Part shown: piece after piece, positions 159,601 through 175,890 of the stretch
Layout of the letters: every line of letters begins with the position of its first letter
Numbering within the stretch: position 1 is the first letter of the stretch
Origin: Octopus vulgaris
Lineage: Eukaryota
Reading direction: 5' to 3'
Assembly (NCBI GenBank): GCA_951406725.2
Contig: OX597814.1
Coordinates: 169,156,001 to 169,404,000, forward strand
Length of the DNA stretch: 248,000 bases
Program-made: the position numbers and the translations under genes
The notes under the pieces: generated by a model
Seen by the model: the letters and a program-made list of their open reading frames with translations, nothing else
Told to the model about the DNA's origin: nothing
Databases searched by the model: none

Positions 159601-160260
159601 ATCTAATATCATAATTTCATAATTTTTAAACAAATGACCTCAAAAAAAAATATATTCTTCTAAAAATTAAGAATTTATCACCATTTTTTTTTCCGTTTTG
159701 CAAAACCTGTTGCTAATTTTTGTGGAAAAGTTTTCATATCTACCTTTTTTTTCTCAAAGTCTTCAGTGCTACATTTTTCAGGCTAACTTCATCTTGTTCC
159801 CACTTTTTTGTTGTGTTTATTTCTTAGTTACAGTACAATCTGCAAGTATAATAAAAGCAAATTCTACAATTATTGACAGGAATATATAATAAAAAATTGT
159901 TTTCAAATCTTGCCACAAGGGAGAGGATAAATCGATTACATCGACTCCAGTGTTTCACTGGTACTTAATTTATTAGGATATAATAATGAAAATAAAGCAA
160001 TGAACCTCAGTAATTAGTTGATATCATTGTACAACATTTCGGCTAAAGAGTGTAACCCTTTGCCAAAATAATCATGTTTTATTATATCTAAGATCACAGG
160101 TTTTTGGTATAGCTGTGTACCAAAAAGTTTGCTTGCCAAATGCATGGTCTCAGGTTCAGTTATACTGTGTGGCAACTTGGGCAAGTGTCTTCTAATATAG
160201 CATCCAGGTAACCAAGGCTTTGTGAGTGGATTTGATAGATGGAAACTGAAAGCCTGTCCA

Positions 160261-160313
<53 letters not shown>

Positions 160314-161597
160314 TGTGCGTGTGTGTGTGTATGTGAATGTGTGCATGTGTGTGTGTATGTGAATGTGTGCGTGTGTGTGTATGTGAATGTGTGCATGTGT
160401 GTGTGTGTATGTGTGTGAGTGCGTTACTGTCTGCTTGTTGTCATGTGATGTCATGCAAGCGCATGTCCTTCATCCTCAATCTTCTATGGCAACACATCTG
160501 GTCATGGGGAATATTACCTTACTTGGAAACAGGTGAGGGTTGGCAACAGGAAGAGCATCCAGCTATAGAAAATCTTCCTCATCAAATTCTGTCTGACCCA
160601 TGACAGTATGGAAACATAGAAGTTAAACTATGATGATATATGAGTATATTTTTCCATTCACCCTGCTCAATTTATGTACCAACCCACAAGTGACATCAAC
160701 TATTGCTACATATTGTAGGGCTAAACAAATAGCTGTCTTTAGTTGAACTGTGACTGAGGAGATGAATAATCTCTGAAACATCTCAATGTTATGTAAATTA
160801 ACTTGTGATAAGTATCCTATAGCTCCTATTTGTGATATATTTGTAGTCTATTCTTCCTGTTATTTTTAAATTCACACACACATATTCGAATTAAATACAA
160901 CAGTAAAGTCACAATAAAGTATGTGAGAATTGTGTATATATATATTACACACTTTGCTATATTAGTACAAAATGTATACATGTATGTGTGAATGATTTTG
161001 TTTTACCTCTCATCTTCACATGTGTATGGTGACTGTAAACAAAAGCCTTACCAGTCAAGACCAATGGTGTTCGTCTGCAGTCTACTGCAAAAGCATATGC
161101 AGGCTACATGTCATGTCATGACAGGTTGCAAGCTGAATATCCACAAAAGCCTCACCATTCATGCAAACAATCTCATTTGTTTACAGTCTTCCAGGAAAGG
161201 ATGTCTGGACTGTTTGTTGTTCAATAAACTGTGGTATTTATTGTCTTGCATAGAAACAGATGCGAGATATCAGAAATGATATCTGGTCATAGAAAGCTTA
161301 CCTCAAGTAATCTCAATTGATCAATCCAAACATGGAAAACTAGACTTTAAAGCAGTGTTTCTCAAATGGTTCCTACAGGTTCCGTAAGAAAGAGTGAGAT
161401 AAGCTAATGCTAATTTCATGATTGTAATATTACTATACATGCACAACATATTATTGGTTATTGTAATATTCTTTTCTGCTCTAGGCACAAGGCCCAAAAT
161501 TTTGGGGGAGAGGGGCAGTCGATTAAATTGACTCCAGTACTGGTACTTAATTTATTAACCCCGAGAGGATTTATGGACACCCTATATATGCATATAC

Positions 161598-161649
<52 letters not shown>

Positions 161650-161652
<3 letters not shown>

Positions 161653-161965
161653 GCTCAGTGGTTAGAGCATCGAACTTATGATCATGAGGTTGTGAGCTCG
161701 AATCCCGGACCAGGCTGCATGTTGTGTTCTTGAGCAAGACACTTTATTTCACGTCGCTCCAGTTCACTCAGCTGTAGAAATGAGTTGCGATGTCAGAGGT
161801 GCCAAGCTGTATCGGCCGTTGCCTTTTCCTTGGATAACACTGGTGGCGTGGGGGAGGGGGGGGCTGGTATGCATGAGCGACTGCTGGTCTTCCCTAAATA
161901 ACTTTGCCTGGGAGGGTAACCTTCTAGGTGCAATCCCATGGTCTGTGTCATGACCGAAGGGGTCT
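161650..161965 (+). mobile_element. tRNA-derived SINE family D
   Basis: A-box tggctcagtggttagagc, B-box gagctcgaatccc; related copies at 102410-102715, 199965-200290 and 59200-59450. Confidence 0.75.
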
Positions 161966-164154
161966 CAGAATATATATATATGTATATATGTGCAGGAGAA
162001 CAGAGGAGAGAGCGGGAAAATAGCAGTGGTGAGCATGGATATGTTGTAGGGGAGAGAGGGGTCATGGACATGGATTTTACTTTTGCTGGGCAAGTCTTCT
162101 CCAGCACAACATATCTTCAGTTGTCTCAATCCCTTTCACCTCCTCCGTGAGACTCAGCATATGAAGATCATTTCTCACCACTTCATCCCATGTCCTCCTA
162201 TGTCTACTTCTTCTGCAGGTTCCTTCCACATTTAGAGATTGGCACTTATTTATGAAGCTTCTTATATTCAACTTAAACCATTTACACTTGTACATGTACA
162301 CTGACTTTGCACATCTAGCAACGCATGCTGGTTTCTTTTATTTCAAGCCTTCACATGTCCTTTGCAGCCACAGCCCCTGTTTTGCTGCCATGTAGCACAG
162401 CTGTCCGTACACAGGTATCATACAATCACGAGCTGGCAGAAATGTTAGCATGCTGGGCAAAATGCTTAGCAGTATTTTGTCTGCTGCGTTCTGAGTTCAA
162501 ATTCCGCCGAGGTCGACTTTGCCTTTCATCCTTTCAGGGTCGATAAATTAAGTACTGGTTACGCACTGGGGACGATATAATCGACTTAATCCGTTTGTCT
162601 GTCCTTGTTTGTCCTCTCTGTGTTTAGCCCCTTTTGGGTAGTAAAGAAATAGGTATCATACAATCATCTACCTTTCACCCTGAGGGAGAGCCCCTTTGTC
162701 ACCAACAAAGGTAATAGCTCTCTGAACTTTGCTCAGCTGACTGCATTTTCCCCCCACCACTGCTTCACAGCTGGCGTTAGTTTGTTAGTTTGTTTACATC
162801 CCCATACATCCTGTACACATACAACATGCTTCCATCTAGTTTCCACCATCCAGATTCACTCACAAGGCATTGGTTGGCCCGAAGCTATACTAGAAGACAT
162901 TTGCCCCAGCTACCATACACAGGGATTGAACCCAAGACTACATAGTTGAAAAGAGGGTTTCTTAACCATACAGCCTTTTTTTTTCCAATGGTTCTTCTAT
163001 ATATTGAAACCTTTCTTTTTCATACATCTTACGACATAATAAAACCATTCTTATTTGTTATTTAACATTACACCACAAATGTGAACAAGTGTTAAAACCT
163101 ATTGTATGTTCAGTGACTGCCTGCTTTGTCATTATACGTATATCAATAAATATGATTTTATTTTTCTGAACACTCTCTCCTGCAAAGTGTAAACCACATA
163201 TTTCCTGTTTGTTGCTCACTAATGTAATTCCTCTCTCTTCATAAAAATATTTTTCTGTTTGCTTTTTATTATTTTGTTTTATTTGTTATTTGTAAATACA
163301 TTTTTTTCTTTTTCTTTTCCTTTCATTTTTTTTTCTTTTTGTTTGTTTGTTTGGGTGTGTAGAATTTTAACTTTGTCCTTTTAACATTCATTGAGAAGTT
163401 GTGTATATTTATTGAGAGAGGGGTTGAGAAGGTTTTGAAGCGTTAATGGATTCAGGACTGTTATCGCTTAACACTAAACATAAAGAACTAGATATGATAA
163501 ATCATGTTATGTGTGTGTATGTGTGTATTTGTCTATATATCTGTAGGTACACACACACACACATAATGTATGTGTACCTACAGATATATAGGTAATGTGT
163601 GTGTGTATGTGCAGGAGTACTTGTTTCAATCATTGGACTGCAGCCATACAGGGGTACTGTCTTGAAGGGTCTTTGTTGATCAAATTGACCCTAGTGCTTA
163701 TGTCATTTTTAAAAAAAAATCTTATCCTTATTCTTTTGGTTGCTTTTGCTGAACCACCAAGTTATGGGGAAGTAAACAAACCAACACACCTGTTGTCTGT
163801 TAGGTGCGTATGTGTGTGCATTAAACAAAGATACAAAGACACACACTCGTGCACACATGCTGGTGCTACATAAATGTATCCATGCCAGTAACATGTAAGA
163901 AGCATCCAGCAGACTCTATTAAGTGGTTGACATTAGAAAGGGCATCCAGCTGTAGAAACCATACCACAACAGATGGTTCCCTGCTAGCCAGCTCCATATC
164001 AAATCATCCAGTTTATGTCAGCGTGGAAAGAGGACTTTAAACGATGATGATGATACACACACACACACACACATACACACACACAAAATGAGCTTTCACA
164101 CAATTTCTATTAAATAAATTCACTCACAGAGCATTCGTTGAGATCATCATCATC

Positions 164155-165010
164155 ATCTTTTAACGTCTGCTTTCCATGCTAGCATGGGTTGGATGATTTT
164201 GACGGAGGGATGGCGAACCAGATGGCTGCACCAGGCTCCAATCTTGATCTGGCAGAGTTTCTACAGCTGGATGCCCTTCCTAACGCCAACCACTCTGAGA
164301 GTGTAGTGGGTGCTTTTTACGTGCCACCAGAACAGGGCCAGTCAGGTGGTACTGGCAATGACCTCGCTCAAATCTTTTTGCACATGCCACCAGCACAGGT
164401 GCCAGTAAGGCAATGCTGGTAACGATCACGCTCGAATGGTGCCTTTTATGTGCCACCGGCATGGAAGCCAATTAGCCGCTCTGGCAACGATCACGTTCAG
164501 ATGGTGCTCTTGGCACCCTACTAGCATGGGCACAAGTGCCAGTAAGGTGACGCTGGTAACAATCACACTTGAATGGTGCCTTTTATGTGCCACTGGCATG
164601 GAAGCCGGTTAGCTGCTCTGTCAATGATCACACTTGTATGGTGCTCTTTGCACCCAGCTAGCACGGATGCCAGTCATCGAATTTAATTTTGATTTTGATT
164701 TCACTTGCCTCAACAGGTCTTCACAAGTAGAGTTTAGTATCCAAAGAAGGAAAAGGTACGCATAAGTGGGCTGGTTACGCTCCTAGCATAGGCTACGAGG
164801 TTATGGTCTCATTTGGCTTACCAGGTCTTCTCAAGCACAGCATATTTCCAAAAGTCTCAGTCACTAGTCATTTCCTTGGTGAGGCCTAAAGTTCGAAGGT
164901 TGTGCTTCACCACCTCAACCCAGGTCTTCCTGGGTCTATCTCTTCCAGAGGTTCCCTCAACCACTAGGGTGTGGCACTTTTTCGCACAGCTATCCTCATC
165001 CATTCTTGCC
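164155..165010 (-). mobile_element. Older RTE subfamily 3' end with ORF2 terminus
   Basis: ...KKCHTLVVEGTSGRDRPRKTWVEVVKHNLRTLGLTKEM; (ATG)n tail. Confidence 0.8.
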
Positions 165011-165711
165011 ACATATATATATATAGGTGCAGTCGTGGCTGTGTGGTAAGAAGCTTGCTTCCCAATCACATGGTTTCGTAGATTTTTCAGTTGGAAACTG
165101 AATGAAGCCCGTCGTATGTATATATATATATATATATTAATAATAAGGACACATTGAAGTGTCTATCCACTAGAAATAAGAGTCAAAACCATTATTTGAA
165201 CCATCAAACAAAATTTACACTGAAAGCAACAGATTCAATAGTATACTAGCAGATTGAAAATAATCTCTCACATACCAATATAGCATAACGCTATATATTT
165301 AATGGTATAGGTATACATGTGGACTGGTTTCTGGTTTGATACAAAGATCTTACCTCCCTCAGCACATCTTAACCCTTTGAAACACTATCCGAATCTGTAA
165401 ATCTGCTGGTGTCCTTAATTGCCTAGTGCCAAAATGCGGACATATGTATATATTTGTATCCTTGTATTTGTGTTTGTCTCCCTCCCATTACCACTTGACA
165501 ACTGATGGTGGTGTGTTTACATCCCTGTAACTTAGCAATTTGGCAAAAGAGACCAATAGAATAAGTACTATGCTTAAAAAATAAGTCCTGTGATTGATTG
165601 TTTGACTAAAACCCTTCAAGGCAGTGCTCCAGCATGGCCACAATCAGATCACTCAAACAAGTAAAAGAATAAAAGAATATATGTGTGTTGTCGTTGTTGT
165701 TGTTGTTGTTG

Positions 165712-165744
<33 letters not shown>

Positions 165745-166708
165745 TGCATATGTGTACAGTGTGAAGTGAGATACCTAAATTTATTACACACATTGCAGAT
165801 GTGACAGGGTGTGATAAGTTTGAGTATCTCCTGCATCACTGTACACATGTATTTGCATGTGTGGGATATTCTGTGTGATTCATATAGCACTGTATGCCTA
165901 ACACATATGCACATACACATACATATGCACATACACATACATATGCATACACACATGCATAAAGTACATAGCAGAGGAGAGTATTGTTGTTTGAGTCAGA
166001 AACTCAATGAACAGTATAATTTGGTTTTACCAAGAGTGTGAGCACGTGGATGGAGGCGGGGTTAGAGAGAGAGAGAGAAAGAAGAAGAAAGAAAAGAAAG
166101 TGAAAGAGAGAGAGAGAATGACAGAGAATTTTGTGCATCTCATAAAACATTGCACACAGACGTGTGTGTGTATGTTTGCTCTGTGCTTTTTTATTTATTC
166201 ACCACCCCGCTTACACATTTATCTGATGTCATATTTGTTTCCAGGTCTTTGCCAAATCCATGGTTTTCATCTAACTGTCAATCTGTCATTGATGTTTTTT
166301 GGTTATTTATCTGTATACGTACTTCCATATCCATAGATAATGTACACAAACATAAGTACATACTTACACACACACCCACCCACATCTACCCCACTGCCCA
166401 CATACACACAGTCATGTTTTATTGGAAGCGTTCATACATTGGAATACAAAGATGGGTTGGTGGTAAACTCCCAACAAAACTTCTAGATTCAAACACAATT
166501 GGTCTACTATACTTTGGGATGAACAACAAAAATTAGATATTAGATAGACATAGCTATGTGATAAGAAGTTTGTTTCTCAACCATGTGGTTCTGGGTTCAG
166601 TCCCACTGCGTGGTACCTTGGGGAAGTGTTTTCAACAATATTCCTTAACTGACCAAAACCTTGTGAGTGGATTACATGGACAAAAACTGAAAGAAGCTCA
166701 TTGGGTAC

Positions 166709-166768
<60 letters not shown>

Positions 166769-167099
166769 ATGTGTGTGTGTATGTGTATTTGTGTGTGTGT
166801 GTGTGCATGCACACGTGTGTGTGTGTGTGTTACTGCTTACTTGCCTTGACATTGCATGATAGTTGTAAATGAGTGTCACTGTCATACTGGTGGTGTCTTC
166901 CATTACCAATCTTCCATAAAAAAAGATGTCTGGTCATGGGGAAATATTATCTTGTTTGGAAACAAGAGGGCTGGTGATTATAAGGGCACTCCTGATATAG
167001 AAACCCTGTTTCAACATATTCTGTCTGACTTGCAAGCTTGGAAAAGAGGAACTGTGAAGTGAAAAATAATGATGATGTTGATGATGATGATGATGATGT

Positions 167100-167148
<49 letters not shown>

Positions 167149-167227
167149 GGTGGTGGTGGTGGTGGTGGTGGTGGTGCTGATGATGATGATGATGGTGATG
167201 GTGATGGTGGTGATGGTGATGATGATG

Positions 167228-167277
<50 letters not shown>

Positions 167278-167655
167278 GATGATGGTGATGGTGATGATGT
167301 GAGTTATAGTTAGCTCCTTAGCAGCTGCAGCCTACCTTTATTCAAGTTCAGTAGGAGAAATTGAGCAAGTACGAACCCTTATTTTGAAACTTTCAACTCT
167401 TCTGCTCAGATTTATAAAACCCATAATCAGTGGCTCATTTAGGTATGTTACTCAGGTCATGAATACTCATTGTCATAAATAAGAACCTCTTCCAGGCAAA
167501 GAATGAAACTTCAGGGTAATATTATCTTCCTTGGAAACGGCTGATAGCCAGCAACATGAAGGGCATCCAACCATAGAAGATCTGCCTCGATGAATTTCAT
167601 TTGATCCATGCAAGCATGTAAAAGTGGCCATCAGAATTATGACAACAACAACAAC

Positions 167656-167700
<45 letters not shown>

Positions 167701-169293
167701 GATGTTGATGATGATAAAAGCTTTTATGTTTAAAATAATGCAATCCAAAATTTTGTCAGTTCCAATTGATGGAACTTTGATTTTAAGATAAAATCTGCTG
167801 CAATGTCTATTTGCTTTTCCTTTTCTTTGTGTGAAAGATTGCTCAAGTTTCACATTTATAAATGGGTTTTCAACCTCAAAATTGGTTTGCAATTTTCATC
167901 TAGAAAATACTTTGTTACTGATTAATTTCATATCAGATTAATGTTGCAGAAGTGAATATTTTATAGTTTAATTTCAGGATGTTCAGTTTGTCAGCATAAA
168001 ACCGGCTGTGTGGTTAAGAAACCCACTTTGCAACCATGTGGTTCCAGGTTCAGGTTCAGTCCTATTGTATGGCACCTTCAGCAAGTTCTTTGTTCCTACT
168101 ATGGCTCTGGACCAACCAGTGCCTTGTGAGTGAATCTGGTAGATCAAAACTGGAAGCTTGTCAATTTTTCTCTCCTCATTTATTTTTTCTCTAGAAGAGT
168201 TTAATCTGGAAACATAAAAGAATTTACCTTAAAGAATTTTCATGATGTTAACCTAATATGCTATTTTTTTTTTTTACCTCATCTTTGTGTTATTTATAAT
168301 TTTTGCACTATATTATAACTATAACTATATTATTAAGACTCAAGACTATTGAAAAGGTTGCAAGACGCAACGGAAATTTTAGGAAAATAGAAATAAGAAA
168401 TAAGTGGAAATTTTACCGGTGAGTGTGTTACATTATAAGGCACAAAAAGAAAATGACTCTCCCCAGACACAACAGAATATGCTTCAACACACGAACTCAA
168501 ATAAAGAATCTTGCAAACCAAATCCAAAAACGAAATATAGTATACATATGTACTTATGTATATACAAAAAATGGTAAAAACTCCCTTTGGTCATGAATGA
168601 CCATGGGATTGCACCTAGAAAGTTATCCTCCAAGGCAAAGATCTGGGTAAAGTTATTTATGGAAGACCAGCACTCACCCATGCATACCAGCCTCTCCATG
168701 CTACTGATGTTACCCAAGGGAAAGGCAAAGACCAACACAACTTGGCATCAGTCACTTCACAACTCATTTCTACAGCTGAGTGAACTGGAGCAACATGGAA
168801 TGAAGTGTCTTACTCAAGAACACAACACACAGCCTGGTCCGAGAATTGAACTCACTACCTCATGATGGTTGTGAGCTCAACACTCTAACCACTGAGCTAT
168901 ATATGCATATTTGCATGTATGTCATTGTGTTAGTGCTTTCCACTGCTCGACGACCAGTATTGGTTTGTTTACATCCCTGTAACTTAGAGGTTTGGCAAAA
169001 GAGACCTATAGAATAAGTATCAGACTTGCAAGATAAGTACTGGGTTCAACCAATCTGTTTGATTAAAACACTTAAAAGCAGTGCTCAGTACAGTCACAGT
169101 TCAATACCTGAAATGAACAGAAATAATAAGAAAAAAGGCATGGCAGTGTGGTAAGAAGGTTGCTTCCCAGCCACATGGTTCCAGATTCAGTCCCACTGCA
169201 TGGCACCTTGAGCAAGTGTCTTCTACTATAGCCCTGGGCCAACCAAAGCATTATGAGTGGATTTAATAGATGGAAATTTGAAAGAAACTCGTC

Positions 169294-169435
<142 letters not shown>

Positions 169436-169440
169436 GTATA

Positions 169441-169486
<46 letters not shown>

Positions 169487-172400
169487 TACATATATATATA
169501 TGTATATGTTTGTGTGTGTGTGTCTGTGTTTGTCTGTGATTTGGCAAATAGAAATTAAAAGAAGCTCATTTTGTGCATGCATATGTGTATGTATGTATAT
169601 GTATATGTATATGTATATATATGTATGTGTGTGTGTATATATATATATATACATACATACAAACACACACACACACACACACACACATGTATATATATAT
169701 AGAAATATTACATTTCTTAATATCTCAGGGAGATATAAGCAGTAGTGGTACAACAGAGTAGTTGTATACTGTCAACTGAATGTGACAGTCCCATGAAGGG
169801 AATCACACCATTGCTATTACTTATTCTATCAGCCTCTTTTGCCAAACCACTAAATTATGGGGATGTAAACACACCAACATCAGTAGTCAAGCGATGGTGT
169901 GGGGAGACAAACAAAGACAGACAAAGGGATTAAGTCGATTACATTGACCCCAGTTCATAACTGGTACTTAATTTATCGACCCCAAAAGGATGAAAGGCAA
170001 AGTTGACCTCGGCGGAATATGAACTCAGAACGTAACAGTAGATGAAATACCGCTATGCATTTCGCCCAGCGTACTAACATTTCTGCCAGCTTGCTGTCTC
170101 TTACCACACAGCCACTCCTGTGCCTTTATCAATGTTTTTCACATACCTTTTTTTTTTCTCCATGAATTTCACCATCAGACTTTATTAAGTGTTCTGCCAT
170201 TGTAGATGCTTTACTTGGTTTTGCAATTTGAAGCCAGTATATGCAATTTGAAGCAAGGAAAGCGTTTTTGCTTTTTTGACAAAAATGATGAAATTTTAGC
170301 TTTCCTTTCATTCAATTCCAGATACTTTCATGTAAAATATTCTTCACTCATGATTGTAAAAGATAAATGTGTTGCCTAAATTTGTTATGCGTGACAAAAG
170401 CAGTATTAGTTCAAAGCAGCAATCTGTGTATCATAGGCATTTTCATGTTTAAAAGCCTGAAAATCTCTTATAGATGTATAATGTTAGCAATGTCACTGCT
170501 GCTGGTGGATGACTTTTATTTATTGCTGATATATTTCTGGGTTTTTTTTAACACTATACATCTACTGGAAATACTTTCTTGAGACTTTCAATGGTTTATA
170601 TACTTTAAGTATGATACACAAATTGCTATTGTTTAAATATTGCTTTAATTTCACTAGATTTAAGTTGCTGTTATTTTAAACTCTTTCACATTCAATTCAC
170701 ATTCCACTTATCACCAGTCTTATCACCAGTTCAAGTGATACCGTGAACAATACAAGCTTAATCATATTTTTACTTCTTATTTTTTCATGGTTCATCTTGC
170801 TGTTTTGATGATCTTGCAACTGAATTTGTTATAGGCTCAAACTGTGTAACATCTGTAGTGGCACAAGCAGTCAGCGCCATGTCGGATGAGATCTTGCGGC
170901 AGCCATTGCCATCTCCGAGACTGGAGCGAGACCTCACCTGCATCCATTTGCCATGCGAGAGATCCCAACGAGGCTCGTGATGGCAAACTGTATAAAAGGG
171001 CCAAACAGAAACAGATTCATTCTCTTTTCACCACAAGCGCTTGCCGAGCACACTTCACTGGCTGGGTCTCCAAGCTAGTCCCGTCTGCATGTTGTATCTC
171101 CAGAGGCAATGGGCAATGAGGCTATAGTAGAAGACACTTGCCCATAGTACCACGCAGTGAGACTGAACCCAGAACATGTGGTTGGGAAGCAAGTTTCTTA
171201 CCACACAGCCTCTCCTGTGCCTTTATCAATGTTTTTCACATACTTTTTTTTTGTCTCCATGAATTTCACCAACAAAATGCACACAGATTGAAATGGTATG
171301 CTGAGAGCAACACACTTCACCTATTCTGTGAAACTTGTAAATAAACCGGTTGTAAATTGCATTTGTACCTAAAGACTTCCTTCCTTGCCTGCTGAAGCCT
171401 GAATTACACGAAGAACAATATTTAATGGGAGAAGGCGATATTCACCCGATATCGTAAACCTTGCCTCCCATTATACACTGTTTTTCATTCATGTGATTTG
171501 GGTTCTGCCTATTAACACTTGACATATTGATTGTTTTAATCATTCAGCCATTAGGGATGTAAATAGAGTGTGATTTATTGATTACCGAAAATTATAATTG
171601 CCTGAAACATCAATTTACGCTATGCATACATTAAAAAGTTACTAAACTATTTAATACTAGTATTTTAACAGCCATTGCGCATTTGTTGTTTCCTAAACTG
171701 AAAGCAATTGAAAATTATTGCATAATATTGACTTGGAGTTGCTAAATTTCACCGGCTCAGTAAAATATATCCAGAATTAATATTCTTACATCAAAACTAA
171801 GTGCTTGTTATTCAAGCAGAAGATACTATGAAAATCCTATATAAATTTGTCTGTTGAGTCTATGTGGAGGTATGTGTGTCAGTGGCATTACTTTCCTTCA
171901 CCTGTGGATATAGTTGTGTATGTATGTGAATATGTATGCGTGTGTGAGAGAGCTGACTGACTGCTGGAGGAATATAAAATGCTGAATATTGTGAAGGTGG
172001 GGGAAGAGTTTTGTGGTGGGGAAAAGGCATGTCCTAGTGTGTACTTGCATATGTTATGTGTGTGTGTGTGTGTTTGTTTATTGTTTTAACAAGTAATGTG
172101 TTAGTCTATATATGAATATATTTAAGCATGTGTGTGTGTATTTTTTCATTGCTTTAACAGCTGTATACATATATCTGTATGTGTGTAACTATGTGTTGTA
172201 ACTAATATACTGCGTTTGTTTATACTGATTAAATCAGTGATAAAAATAAACAAAAATACAAGAATTTTTTTTTTTCAATAAACAATGTTTCATTACAATT
172301 ATATGAACATACATATTTTAAAACACTTCTATACTACATATTTATTTCTTTAAAACTCAGCCATGGAAACCAGCAATATCTGATGCAAATCGTCTGAGTT

Positions 172401-172699
172401 CCAGAGACTTCAGTTTAAGTAACCATGTGCAAGAGCAGTGGAAGCCTGTTGTGTGAATATGTATGTGCATGCACCTACATGTTTTTGTTTGTGTTTATCC
172501 CCACTTCCCTATGCTTGACAGCCAATGTTGGTTCATTTACGTCCCTGTAACATAACAGCTTGGCAAAATAGACCGATGGAATACATACTGAACTTTAAAA
172601 AGTTCATATGAACTTTAAAAATGGTCCATATGGCTCTTGAGGACTTTGGGGGTTCCACGCAACAAAATAGTAAACTGGGAATCCACAATATTTTAAGGG

Positions 172700-173800
172700 C
172701 CCCTGAAAAAATTTTACTTTAGATCTAGGTATTGGTGTGTATTGCAAGAAACAGCTAGGTTTCTTTCTCTAATGTTTTACATTGTTCAACCTACACAAGT
172801 GAAAAATGAAATAGAGATTTATTCCTCCAAATTTGAATGAGAAATTCAAAGGTATGTGGATTCCATGAATGATTTCCCAGATGTTCAATATGTGCACCAC
172901 CTGAGACACGGCACACATCAAGCCAGTAGTCGAGCTCCTCCCAAATATGCTTCAGTATGTCTTGGGTAACAGTCTCCAGTGTGGTAGTGATTCTCTACTG
173001 GAGTTCCTCTAGGTTTGCAGGAAGAGCAGGGATATAGACCAGGCCCTTCACGTAGCTCCAGAGAAAAAACCACAAGGTGTCAGGTCAGGTGAACGTGGCA
173101 GCCATTTCAACAGCACATTGTCTTCCTCACCAGCATGCCCGGTCCATCTCCCTCGCAGATTGTCTTTGAGATAAGCCCTCACAGTGAGCTTCCAGTGAGG
173201 TGGAGCCCCATCCTGTTGAAAAATGAAGTCTTCATGTTCATTTGCAATGAGCTCATCCATTTGCCAGTTCTGAAGCATTTGCAGATAAACATCACTGGTC
173301 ACATTTCCCTGAAAGAAAAACGGGCCATGAAGATGCTTCTTGGAGATGGCACAGAACACATTCACTTTTAGTAAGTTCCTCTCATGCTAAACTGTGGCAT
173401 GGGATTTTCTTTGCCTTAAATGCGAACATTTTACTTATTGACTTTACCATTCATATGAAATGTGGCCTCATCACTGAAAACAAGGTGTTACTTGAACTCG
173501 GCTTCTTCAAATTTCTTTTGCATATCGACACAGAATTGTTTGTGCTTTTGCTTGTCATCTGCCATTATGGCCTGAATGAGCTGCAGCTTGTAGGGTTTCA
173601 TTAGCAAGCATTTCCTCAGGACATGCCAAACTATTGTTGGAGGAATCTGGGTTTCCAGACTTGTTCTTCTGATGGACTTCTTGAGGCTTCGCATGAGTTT
173701 TGGGTGAACCCGCTCAACCATTTCTTCCTATGTTAAAGGTCATCCAGATCCTTTTGCCCTGCACAGACAACCTTCCTCTTTGAATGTTTTGTGCCATGTC
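172700..173800 (-). mobile_element. Tc1/mariner transposase relic
   Basis: KSIRRTSLETQIPPTIVWHVLRK.LLMKPYKLQL; GPFFFQGNVTSDVYLQML...FQQDGAPPHW...PRSPDLTPCGFF. Confidence 0.8.
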
Positions 173801-174289
173801 CAAATCTGCATCAGTTGGATGGTTTAACAGGATCTGGGGAGAACATGGCCATGTTGAGCTCTAATGTCAGCATTGGTATGGCTTTGATGGTTAGATGCCC
173901 TTCCTAACACCAATATACATTATATGTATATATATATCATAGGTACAGGTGTGGCTGTGTGGTAAGGAGATTGCTTCCCAACAACATGGTTCCACATTCA
174001 GTCCCACTGTGTGACACCTTGGGTGAGTGTCTTCTATAGCCACAGACTGACCAAAGCCTTGTGAGTGGATTTGGAAGACAGAAACTGAAAGAAGCCGGTC
174101 ATATATATATATATATATATGTATATATCTACATGTGTGTGTGTTTTTATGTGTGTTTGTTCCCCACTACCACTTGACAACTGGTGTTGGTGTGTTTACA
174201 TCTTTGTAACTTAGCAGTTCGGCAAAAAGAGACCAGTAGAATAAGTACCAAGCTTTAAAAAAATACCCTGAGGTCGATTTCATCATCAT

Positions 174290-175470
174290 CATTATTAATT
174301 AATGTCTGTTGTCTGTGCTGGGATATGTTGACCAAGGCTGGCATGGTGGAAGGCTGTACCAGACTCTAGTCTGATTTGGCATGATTTCTACAGCTGGACG
174401 CCCTTCCTAACGCCAACCACTCCAAGAATGTAATGAGTGCTTTTATGTGCCACCAGCATGAGTGCCATTTGCATAACACCTGTATCTGCCATGACTACAA
174501 TTTAACTTGGCTTGATGGGTCTTCTTCTCAAGCATGGCATAATACCAAAGGTCTTGGTTATTTGTCATTGCCTCATCGAGGCCCAACACTCAAAAGATGC
174601 TTTTATATGCCACCAGCATCACTCCTCTTGCTTCCATGAGGCCCAATGCTTGAAAGGTGCTTTTTACATGTCATTTGCCAGTTATGTGACACCAGCATCA
174701 GCCACGACTATAATTTCACTTATAAGTATGGCATATCACCAAAGGTCTCAGTCACTAGTCATTACCTCTGTGAGGCCCAACGTTCAAAGATCATGCTTCA
174801 CCACCTCATCCCATGTCTTCCTGGGTCTACCTCTACCACAGGTTCCCTCCACAGTTAGAGATCAGCACTTCTGTATACAGCTGTTCTTATCCATACACAC
174901 CACATGACCATACCAATGCAGTTGTCTCTCTTGCATACCACATCTGATGGCTCTTATGCCCAGCTTTTCTCTCAGGATGCTTACACTCTGTCGAACATGC
175001 ACACTGACATTGCATATCCAGTGAAGCATACTGGTTTCATTTCTTTCAAGCCTATGCATGTCCTCAGCTGTCACAGCCCATGTTTCACTGCCATGTAGCA
175101 TAACAGTTTGCACACAATCATCATACAGTGTGCCTTTCACTCTGAGGGAGAAACCCTTTGTTGCCAGCAGGGGCAGGTGTTCTCTGAACTTTGCCCAGCC
175201 CATTCTTATTCTCACAGCTATGCTCTCAGAGCACCCACCTCCAATACTAAATTGGTCACCTACATAATGGAAGCTATCTTCTACCTCTAGTTTACCCCAA
175301 CTCACAGTTGATGGAGTCTATTTTCTGTACATTTTCAGTATTTATTGTACCTGTGCACCTTCCGCACACAAAAACTATACTCCCAGTTAACCTTCCTCTG
175401 ATATTGTTGCACCTCTTATGTTTCTATAGTTTACATTAAGATCAAACAGACTATCTACCTGAAGGGATTT
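174290..175470 (-). mobile_element. Diverged RTE LINE 3' part
   Basis: ORF 174862-175305 EVEDSFHYVGD...RMGWAKFREHLPLL...MLHGSETWAVT. Confidence 0.8.
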
Positions 175471-175793
175471 GTGATTTACCTTCCTTCCTACTTACTAAGA
175501 CTTTGATTTGTTTGATTAAAACCCTTCAAGGCAGTGCCTTAGCATGGCCGCAGCCAAATAGCCAAAACAAATAAAAATACTAAAGGAATATATATATATA
175601 GCCATAATATATCGGTAGCCACTACACACATTTTTTTCTCTCCTTGTATCTTTCTGTGTTCCTTTCTGTGGAAGAGCGTAGGCTCGAACCGTGAACCACT
175701 TTTTCAATTCCCAAGCATTATACTAATACATCTGTTTGTTTTGTACACCACCTGTCTTTGTCTTTTGTTTTTTTATGAATTCCCCCATATATA

Positions 175794-175890
<97 letters not shown>
